Below are positions 56,981-64,000 of a stretch of 64,000 nt of DNA, piece by piece (position 1 is the stretch's first letter; each line of letters begins with the position of its first letter). The stretch is from the NCBI GenBank assembly GCA_965217585.1, contig OZ244561.1, forward strand, positions 2,560,001-2,624,000. The letters are read 5' to 3'. The notes below the pieces were generated by a model that had not been told where the DNA came from, did not search any database, and saw nothing but the letters and a program-made list of their open reading frames with translations. The DNA is from Candidatus Latescibacterota bacterium (GTDB taxonomy: Bacteria > Latescibacterota > UBA2968 > UBA8231). The position numbers were made by a program, and so were the translations under genes.

Positions 56981-57676
56981 ATGGGAACTTCCTCTTTAGT
57001 CGAGATGACCGTAGTCAAGGTTAGCCCCTATTTGCGCGAGGACAGGCCCTTGGTATGGTTGAGCGAGAAGAAAGGTAAACTCCCACGGCTCCTGCCCATT
57101 CCCATTGGCGAATTTGAAGCGGCCGCCATTAGGATGCGGCTAGAAAACGATGGGCCTATACGCCCGATTTCCTACGACTTGCTCTCTTCTATGGTCAACT
57201 ACCTTGCGATAAGTGTGCGCCAAGTTGTCATTCACAACGTGCACCGCTCAATTTACTACGCGAGGGTCGTCATTGAGAAGAATCACACAATAAAAGACAT
57301 CGACGCACGTCCCAGCGACGCAATCGCTTTGGCCTTGCGCACTGATTCGCCTATCTACGTTTCTCATACGTTGCTTGACGAGGTGGGCTTGGAGCCTTTG
57401 GAGACTGACTTGGACGTTGAACACACACTGAACCGCTTCTATGAGTTTGAAGCGCAGATTTCTAAATCGTTCAAGATAGAAGCAGAGACAGCCAACATCC
57501 GTCCACCGAAGCGGAAAGCCGAAGATGCCGAAGCTCAACTGCCCCCCAAAAGAGAGAAAGACGAACTCAGCCTGCTTCAGCACCAGCTACAGCAGGCCGT
57601 TATCTGCGAAGAATACGAAGAAGCTGCCCGGCTACGCGACGCCATCGAATTGCTCGTTAATAAAGCCAAGCGCTGA
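56981..57676 (+). CDS. Bifunctional nuclease (DUF151/BFN) + UVR domain protein, copy 2
   Basis: IGEFEAAAI, RPISYDL, DARPSDAIALALR, AVICEEYEEAARLRDAI. Confidence 0.9.
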   Translation: MGTSSLVEMTVVKVSPYLREDRPLVWLSEKKGKLPRLLPIPIGEFEAAAIRMRLENDGPIRPISYDLLSSMVNYLAISVRQVVIHNVHRSIYYARVVIEKNHTIKDIDARPSDAIALALRTDSPIYVSHTLLDEVGLEPLETDLDVEHTLNRFYEFEAQISKSFKIEAETANIRPPKRKAEDAEAQLPPKREKDELSLLQHQLQQAVICEEYEEAARLRDAIELLVNKAKR

Positions 57677-57757
57677 AGCCCTATCTGAGTGGACGCAGAC
57701 GTAGTTCCTACCAAGTAGTTGAAGTTGCTCAAGATACTGATCCGTGCGCTGGACACT

Positions 57758-58213
57758 ATGGCCCTACAACCCTTCCTTTGTCTCGCCCTTTTCATCCTTC
57801 ACGGCTGCCATAGCGAAGAAGTAGATCAACGCTTCTCCCATCCGGCCCAGACCTTCCAGACCTATAAGTACGCGCTAGAAGACAGCGACTTTGACCTGCT
57901 TTGGGAATGTTTCAATTCTTCGCAAATGGAGGGAGAAGATCGTCAGGGCTTTGTCGAACGATGGCGGCAAAAGACGCCAGCCGAGATAACGGCTCAACTG
58001 CGGCGAGAAATCGCCGAAGAGCGCATCATCAACGAGCGCATAGGTTACTTACTCTTCGATTCCTCTACGCTAGGCGATGAGCGCGCGTCTCCATTCTTTT
58101 ATTTTCTTCGCGATTCCAGTGGTTGGAAAATTACTTCCCACTTAGACAGCACCTTCCATCAAGAGTTAGAGCAAGCCATTGAGCGCGGCGAGTACAAATT
58201 ACCCGACTTCTAA
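57758..58213 (+). CDS. Hypothetical lipoprotein (NTF2-like)
   Basis: Lipobox LHGC; P.QTFQTY..AL...D; GWKI. Confidence 0.55.
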   Translation: MALQPFLCLALFILHGCHSEEVDQRFSHPAQTFQTYKYALEDSDFDLLWECFNSSQMEGEDRQGFVERWRQKTPAEITAQLRREIAEERIINERIGYLLFDSSTLGDERASPFFYFLRDSSGWKITSHLDSTFHQELEQAIERGEYKLPDF

Positions 58214-58248
58214 CTCCTTCCCTTCCCTTCAGACATTAACTCTTTTAG

Positions 58249-59818
58249 AGCTGGTTTCAAAACTCTCATAGGGGTTACGGTTGAATATATCGGTGGGTTA
58301 GGCGTATTTTTCGATCATCGAAAAGGAGCGGTGCGATGGTCGAGTATACCGGTGAAGTCACCGAGGCCCAATGGGCCAAAATTGAGCCTTTGTTGCCCCA
58401 ACGACCCCGTTCGCCGAAAGGGGGCCGTACCCGCATCCCCGATCGCGCGGTGTTGGAAGGGATTTTATGGGTCTTATACCGTTTTGCTAATCGTATGTCC
58501 TAATGTTGGCTGTGGCCTCTCGCCACCAAGAGAATCGGGTGAGTTGTACCAATCGCTGGGTGTGTTCCCAGTAGGGTTGCAATAGCCTGGGTCAAGGCTT
58601 GGTCCAGCGCGTCGATGGTGGCAAAGAGCTGATTGGATAACGTGGCTCGCAAGGCTTCAAACCACCGCTCGACCGGATTCAACTCGGGACTATAGGGCGG
58701 CAAGAGCAGGGCTGTATATGCTCCGGCCATACCATGGTTTGGCTGAGATGACTGCCGGCCTGATCCATAACCAAGAGGAGGCAATCATCGGCATAGCTCC
58801 GACTCAATTCATCGATAAACCGTTGAAAACAGACGGTATCCAGATACGGCAGATATAGACAGCAACTGGCCTCGGTGTCCGGCTCGACGGCGGCATACCG
58901 CCACAACCATTCATAGCGATCCTGGACGATCCAAGGCGGACGATATCCACAGGGACCCCAGCGTCGTCGAGGCCCGCTTTTCAAGCCGAAACGCGCTTCA
59001 TCCAAGGCGAAGACTCGCAGGGGCGATCCCCCACCGACGTGGCCGTCTGGCGGAGGTGAGGACCGAAGTTATTTTTTAAACGCGCCCTGCGCTTTCGCCG
59101 AAGCGTGGGCGTGCTGACGGCGACCCGTTTTGAGCTTGATGCGATGGCGTTTACACCAGCGCGACAGCCCGCTGACGCCCTGATAGACGATACCAAACTG
59201 CTGCTGCAGGAAGCTACGGGCCTCTTCCAAGGTGGCAATCTGTCCGGCTTGCATCGCCGTTTCCAGTCCCTGGCGTGCTTCGGCGGTAATGGACTCACGG
59301 CGTCCGCCCCTACCTTGATCCGCTAGCAGACCGGCCAAGCCCTGCTGCTGATACCGCTGCCACCACCGACGTAAGGTCCGATCACTATGGCCCAGAAGGG
59401 GTGCCAATTGGGTCTGGCTGCGATAGCGACCACTTTTGAGCAAGACGCAGCATTTTAACGCGATCCGCTACGGCGGACGTGCGCAGGCGTCTCTCCTGGG
59501 CAAGGAGGGTATCTACGCTTTCTTGAATCCGATCAGGATAATGAATCCACATAAGTCGCTCCCAACAAAAAGGGGGGATTGCGATTGCGGTGCCGCGCAA
59601 CGGGCCGGGCCGACCGCGCAGTCGCGGACAGAGCCTTAGCGGCAGGACGGTCGAAAGCTGCGGCGATACAAACGGCGATACCGCATTGAGCGTACTATCG
59701 GGTGGCTGAGTAGCTTCCGCCGATTGGTCACTCGGTATGAGCGGAAAAGCTCGATGTTGCGCGCCTTTGTTCATCTCGCTTGTATGCTTATCACCGTAAG
59801 GCAGTTTTGAAACCAGCT
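58249..59818 (+). mobile_element. Degenerate IS5-family element, internally deleted and interrupted by IS630
   Basis: 16-bp perfect TIR AGCTGGTTTCAAAACT (58249-58264 / 59803-59818), TTAG on both flanks; N-terminus from 58336 TEAQWAKIEPLLP..GGR..DRAVLEGILWVL; C-terminus YKRRYRIERTIGWL..FRRLVTRYER. Confidence 0.85.
58477..59570 (-). mobile_element. IS630-family element with frameshifted transposase, inserted at a TA inside the IS5
   Basis: orfA HTH from ATG 59552 (RTLRRWWQRYQQQGLAGLL); TTTAAAAAAT slippery junction near 59070; DEARFG, MDQAGSH, LPPYSPELNPVERWF in shifting frames. Confidence 0.85.
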
Positions 59819-59842
59819 TTAGTCGATGGCTCCCCTAATCCA

Positions 59843-60819
59843 ACGTGAGTTCGGGTTAAGCGGCCTCTACTTGGCGTGGTCCATCGTTTTTTAGGGCTGG
59901 TTTTTTGGGTTGGTGGCAATAGGCAATTAATCCGCCGATGAGATGGACCATAAAATTGACCGGGCTGCGATGTCTGGTGTGTTCAATCTGGGCGATATTT
60001 TTGAGTTGATCGATGATGGTTTCGATCAGGGCTCGTTTGCGCAGCAGGAGCTTGTCCGCCATCGGCATGAGTTGATTTTTCATGTTGGATCGCAGCTTGG
60101 TAATCAACTGGAGGTCGAATAGCTCTTTCAATTGTTTGCCCAGCTTGTTGGAAAGGTATCCTCGGTCGGCAACCAGCTTGCCAAACAGGTCGCGCACCAA
60201 GCCGGGTACGGGTTTGCGATCATCGACGTTGGCTGGGGTTAGCGCCAAGTTGAGCAATTGACCTCGATTATTGAAGACCAGATGCAGCTTGAACCCGAAA
60301 AACCAACCGGTCGAACTTCGGCCCCATTGGGCTAGCCCCGCAAAGAGTCGGTGCTGGTGTCTACGATGGGGATTACATATGGCCAACGGCGTCGAGTCAA
60401 TAAACGAAATACCCGTGCAGGCTCCTTGGCATTGACGTAGATAGGCGCATAACGGAATAAGCGCCGAAGGGATTAACTCGACAAAGCGTCCATAACTGAC
60501 TAACCGGGGAAAAGCACCGCGTAGGTGCCTACAGACACGATGCTGGTAGAAGGCTTTGAACGTGCGGTACTGGGACTGGTGAAACCAAATAAACAGCGTC
60601 ATGATCTCGCTCAAACAGAGTTGACCAGCACGACGACGACGGTGACCGGTCGTTACTTGGTGGCGTATCCACTGGGCCTCAAAGGCTTGGCAAAAGTCAT
60701 CGACGTGGCAAAACAATTCGACTAAATTCATCGCGAGGGCTCCTCGATGGCTGAGCTTTATGGTCGGCATACCTAAGTTTAGCCAAAAAGGAGTCCCTCA
60801 CCTTAACCCGAACTCACGT
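59843..60819 (-). mobile_element. Intact IS982-family insertion sequence
   Basis: 18-bp perfect TIR ACGTGAGTTCGGGTTAAG; 7-bp target duplication TAATCCA (59836-59842 / 60820-60826). Confidence 0.95.
59856..60731 (-). CDS. IS982 transposase
   Basis: ELFCHVDDFC, FIDSTPL, GWFFGFKLHL, ADRGY, RKRALIETIIDQLK, EHTRHRS. Confidence 0.95.
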   Translation of the reverse strand: MNLVELFCHVDDFCQAFEAQWIRHQVTTGHRRRRAGQLCLSEIMTLFIWFHQSQYRTFKAFYQHRVCRHLRGAFPRLVSYGRFVELIPSALIPLCAYLRQCQGACTGISFIDSTPLAICNPHRRHQHRLFAGLAQWGRSSTGWFFGFKLHLVFNNRGQLLNLALTPANVDDRKPVPGLVRDLFGKLVADRGYLSNKLGKQLKELFDLQLITKLRSNMKNQLMPMADKLLLRKRALIETIIDQLKNIAQIEHTRHRSPVNFMVHLIGGLIAYCHQPKKPALKNDGPRQVEAA

Positions 60820-60844
60820 TAATCCACTAAGCGAATCTGCCTCC

Positions 60845-61378
60845 TCAATTAGGCGGCTTTAAATCCCAAGTCGCTATAATGCCCATTATCGTATTCCACT
60901 GTGTGTCGTTCATCGCCTCTACTAGAGAGAGTAGGCCCAACACATCGCGTTCCTTCTGTTTCTTGCGCGCCCGGGCAACTGCCTCTAACCACGATTGATC
61001 CCCGAGCAGAGCCAAGATTTCTGGATTGGAGAGTACCCCCAAGAGGGCTGGGTCCAAAGGCTCTTCGCTAGACAGGAGCTTATTGACCACCGGATCCGAC
61101 AGCGAGCGCATCATCTTGCCATAGAGCGCGCGTCCTTCCTCCGAGCTCGCCTTGGCCTCATAAGCAGCAAGCAACACCCTGTTAGAGTCGAGTTCCAATA
61201 CCTCGGCCAGCTTGATACATACTTCGTCGGAAGGAACCTTCTCCCCCTTTTCAATTTGTCCTATATAGGTTGCCCATACGCCCTTGGGCCTTCGCGCCGT
61301 CACAAGTTGCGTGGCCAAGCCCTGCTGGCTCAGGTGAGCTTGTAGCCGGGCCTCCTTGATCATTTCTGCAAACTGCAT
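60845..61378 (-). CDS. XRE-family HTH transcriptional regulator
   Basis: IKEARLQAHLSQQGLA...TYIGQIEKGEKVPS....KLAEVL; GAGGGA RBS before ATG 61378. Confidence 0.9.
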   Translation of the reverse strand: MQFAEMIKEARLQAHLSQQGLATQLVTARRPKGVWATYIGQIEKGEKVPSDEVCIKLAEVLELDSNRVLLAAYEAKASSEEGRALYGKMMRSLSDPVVNKLLSSEEPLDPALLGVLSNPEILALLGDQSWLEAVARARKKQKERDVLGLLSLVEAMNDTQWNTIMGIIATWDLKPPN

Positions 61379-61419
61379 TCGCGGTCCCTCTGAAATATTT
61401 TCAGCCACCTTCTTTATTA

Positions 61420-61448
61420 AATATACACACACACCAGTAAGTGTGCAA
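61420..61448 (-). promoter_or_regulatory. Sigma70 promoter for the XRE gene, overlapping an ACAC-N10-GTGT palindrome (61427-61444)
   Basis: Minus strand TTGCAC-17-TATATT. Confidence 0.65.
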
Positions 61449-61485
61449 GAGTGTATTGTCTTTTTCTAAACGCATGTTTTTCTGC

Positions 61486-61514
61486 TTGACAACACAATCT
61501 AGCGTGTGTATTTT
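61486..61514 (+). promoter_or_regulatory. Sigma70 promoter for the putative ncRNA, overlapping an ACAC-N10-GTGT palindrome (61492-61509)
   Basis: TTGACA-17-TATTTT. Confidence 0.65.
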
Positions 61515-61520
61515 AATTTC

Positions 61521-61735
61521 TAAATAGAGTGTGGTGGTCCTCTGGTGTGGCCAATGTCCTGATCCGCGAAGCTCGGATTTCCCTTTTCGGGTCGTTGAGA
61601 TCTTCAAAACTACCTCCCCACACCGCCTCGTTTGAGGATCTCACTTGCGTTTCAAGATCACACCATTTGGCCGCCACATGGCCGCCACACTCTAAATGAG
61701 TAAGCAGTCCATTTCTATATGGGCTGCTTTTTTAT
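61521..61735 (+). ncRNA. Putative structured small RNA of unknown family
   Basis: Bounded by a promoter and a terminator; closing stem TAGAGTGTGGTGGTC/GGCCGCCACACTCTA; inner 13-bp stem 61596-61608/61631-61643; side hairpin 61571-61592; no credible ORF. Confidence 0.65.
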
Positions 61736-61740
61736 TTTTA
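61702..61740 (+). terminator. Rho-independent terminator
   Basis: AAGCAGTCCAT-loop-ATGGGCTGCTT followed by a long T tract. Confidence 0.85.
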
Positions 61741-61771
61741 TTTTTTATACCGGTTCCTTTCTTTATACGCC

Positions 61772-62887
61772 ATGCGTATCTGTATGGTCGCCTTCACCGA
61801 CCTGAATTTCGACTACCGCATCTACCGAGAGGCATCTTCGCTGCGCCGTGATGGGCACCAAGTCGTCATTGTCGCCTCCTCGTTCAATTCAGCCCCTCTT
61901 AAGGGATGGGACGATTTTGAAATCTATCCGATTCCGCTAGACCGAAGCCGATCATTGCGCCTTCTCTATCCTTTGTTTTGGCAACGAGCCTATCCACTGA
62001 TGGTCGAGACCCAGCCGGATGCCTATCACGCCCACGACCTAGACTCTCTCTGGCCAGCAGTGCGAGCTGCACAGCGACTAAATCGGCCTATCGTCTACGA
62101 CGCGCACGAATTTTGGACCGAACAATCCTCACTGGTCAACAGACCGCTGATACGGTCCTGCTGGAGTTTGCTGGAGCGGCGGCTGATACGTCGGGTAGAT
62201 CGCATCATAACCGTCAGTGGGTCTATCGCCCAATCACTCAAGGAGCGTTACCGCCTTGACGAAGTTGTTGTTCTGCGCAATCTGCCGCTATTCCGCCATA
62301 AGGTCCAAAGCAACCTGATACGCGAAACGCTGGACCTGCCCGATGAGCGCCCTATTGTGCTCTACCAAGGAGGATTCCTCACCGAAAATGGCTTGCGAGA
62401 GCAAATTGAGGCCGCCGCTGGGTTTGCCGCCGCTTTAGTTCTGATTGGGGATGGGCCTAGCGAACAGGCCCTGCGGAACCAAGTCCGCGCTGAGAGGCTA
62501 GAGGATCGGGTCTATTTTATTCCCCGGGTGCCCTTTCACCAACTTCACAATTATACTTGCTCCGCCGACTTGGGGCTGTGTCTGATCAAAGGCACGGGCA
62601 AGAGCTTCTACTACTCTCTGCCCAACAAGCTCTTCGAATATATGATGGCCGGGCTACCGGTCCTAGCCAGCAACTTTCCTGAAATGCAGCGCGTCGTCCG
62701 CGAAACGCGTACCGGAGCTACGGTCGATCCAACCGATATAGCTGCCATTCGAGAGCAGATCACCACTTTTTTGGACAATGCAGAGCAGCGAGAGGCATGT
62801 GCCAAGGCGAGTTTGCAGGCGGCACGGCGCTATAACTGGGAACGGGAAGCCGCTCAACTCACCCAGCTTTACACAGCCCTAGCATGA
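61772..62887 (+). CDS. Glycosyltransferase family 4
   Basis: YHAHDL, YDAHE, YQGG, IGDGP, PNKLFEYMMAGLPV. Confidence 0.93.
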   Translation: MRICMVAFTDLNFDYRIYREASSLRRDGHQVVIVASSFNSAPLKGWDDFEIYPIPLDRSRSLRLLYPLFWQRAYPLMVETQPDAYHAHDLDSLWPAVRAAQRLNRPIVYDAHEFWTEQSSLVNRPLIRSCWSLLERRLIRRVDRIITVSGSIAQSLKERYRLDEVVVLRNLPLFRHKVQSNLIRETLDLPDERPIVLYQGGFLTENGLREQIEAAAGFAAALVLIGDGPSEQALRNQVRAERLEDRVYFIPRVPFHQLHNYTCSADLGLCLIKGTGKSFYYSLPNKLFEYMMAGLPVLASNFPEMQRVVRETRTGATVDPTDIAAIREQITTFLDNAEQREACAKASLQAARRYNWEREAAQLTQLYTALA

Positions 62888-63855
62888 GTACCCCGCTGGC
62901 GCTCTGCGTCGTAATGCCTACCTATGGCGAGCCTGAGCGCCTCGAAGCAGCACTTAAGAGCCTATCCCAGCAAGATTATCCTCACGAGGCGATCCAAATC
63001 ATCGTGGTGGACGACGCCTCCCCCCACTTGGACGCCGAGCGACTGCATGCGGCGGTCGCGCCTTTACAATTGCGGCTGCTTCGCAACGAACAGAATCAGG
63101 GACGCGCCCGGGCGCGCAACGCAGCACTTCGGGTTGCCAGCGGCGATCTCGTCGTCTTTCTCGACAGCGACATGACCGTCGGCACGAGTTTTCTCCGCGC
63201 TCATGCCCAACGGCATCAAAACCATGCGGAAGCCGTTTTTATCGGCAACATCCGCTTTGCCAGTGAAATTCCCACTACGTCCCTGACCCGCTATCTCGAA
63301 GGGAGGGGGGTCCACAGGCTTGACGCGGATAAGCCCATACCTTTCAAGTGCTTCGTCACCGGCAACTCCTCGGTTCGCCGGTCGTCCCTGCTCCGCGTGG
63401 GTTTTTTCGACGAAGATCTCACTGCTTATGGCGGCGAAGACCTAGAATTGGGGTACCGCCTCCATTTGGCGGGTATCCCGCTTTACTATGCCCCTGAAGC
63501 CCTATCCTACCACTATCACTTGCGTTCATTGGAGCCGCTCTGCCGTCTTATGCAAACCTATGGCAGCAAGTCCATCCCCATCCTTTTACACAAGCATCCC
63601 GAACTTGACGCCGTACTCCGGTTGGACTTTATCTGGGCCTCTGGACTTTCTCTTCGGCGGCTCGCGCTCCAGCTAGCCCTGTTGTCTCCGATTCACTATC
63701 CAATCCGCTGGTTGACCCGCTGGCTTGTGAAAAGCTATGTCCCGGATCTGGTCTTTAGTTATTTATTTTGGTCCAGCCGCACTCGGGGTTATCTACAGGC
63801 GATTGCCCATTCAAAGGCGATTGCTAATCACCTAGTAGCCTCTGTAAAAGAATAA
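62884..63855 (+). CDS. Glycosyltransferase family 2
   Basis: VVMPTY, IIVVDDAS, G.ARARN, VFLDSD, FDE....YGGEDLELGYRL. Confidence 0.93.
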   Translation: MSTPLALCVVMPTYGEPERLEAALKSLSQQDYPHEAIQIIVVDDASPHLDAERLHAAVAPLQLRLLRNEQNQGRARARNAALRVASGDLVVFLDSDMTVGTSFLRAHAQRHQNHAEAVFIGNIRFASEIPTTSLTRYLEGRGVHRLDADKPIPFKCFVTGNSSVRRSSLLRVGFFDEDLTAYGGEDLELGYRLHLAGIPLYYAPEALSYHYHLRSLEPLCRLMQTYGSKSIPILLHKHPELDAVLRLDFIWASGLSLRRLALQLALLSPIHYPIRWLTRWLVKSYVPDLVFSYLFWSSRTRGYLQAIAHSKAIANHLVASVKE

Positions 63856-63897
63856 CGACTCAAACTACATACAAATGCCGGAGAACTCCCTAGCCTT

Positions 63898-64000
63898 ATG
63901 CATGCTCACTATCCTCGATTCTCCCAGATTCTCCGCGTAGCCCTACCTGCTCTCCTGCTGGCCCACTTCGTGGTTTGGCCCGTCGTCGGCCTCTTGTCCC
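63898..64000 (+). CDS. Start of a membrane/secreted protein, truncated by the window end
   Basis: MHAHYPRFSQILRVALPALLLAHFVVWPVVGLLS is open to the window edge. Confidence 0.4.
   Translation, partial: MHAHYPRFSQILRVALPALLLAHFVVWPVVGLLS

Noticed and set aside
61531-61635. 34-aa ORF (VVVLWCGQCPDP...) within the putative ncRNA
   Set aside because: It has no RBS, its start is buried in the closing stem and the product resembles no known toxin or leader peptide.
1-64000. Selenoprotein genes or selA/selB/selD near selC
   Set aside because: No sel machinery genes and no convincing in-frame TGA read-through were seen.

Overview
The window is bacterial and GC-rich. Its gene content (FlgD/CHU_C-tailed proteins, a C-terminal WGRIK motif, PhyH and CRTAC1 genes) suggests an uncultured FCB-group lineage such as Latescibacterota or Poribacteria-like sponge/marine bacteria; this is inference. 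A tRNA-Sec gene (34098-34196, minus strand) splits the window in two. The left ~34 kb is an accessory patchwork with two beta-propeller glycoside-hydrolase-like genes, a low-GC SGNH/TPR gene and a double PhyH gene. It also holds four paralogous discoidin-like + FlgD/CHU_C-tailed secreted proteins, clustered with CBM9-like proteins, a large outer-membrane-type protein, a PPIase lipoprotein, TPR, CRTAC1 and heptaheme genes. Two GH123/DUF4091-like paralogs (one chimeric) and primase, IS256 and APH debris complete it. The right ~30 kb is core-like: ispE-tRNAGln-rplY-pth-hppA-rpsF-DUF2232-rplI (no prs or rpsR), then a TPR-sigma54 activator-HtrA-pepP-ccm operon with Cys-type CcmE and a CcmF-CcmH fusion. 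After that come two DUF151-UVR genes, an IS5/IS630/IS982 pile-up, an XRE regulator divergent from an unannotated ~210 nt structured RNA, and glycosyltransferases. The best candidates for undescribed biology are the XRE/ncRNA divergent switch and the FlgD/CHU_C-tail surface-protein cluster. All calls come from reading motifs by eye; no database searches were run.
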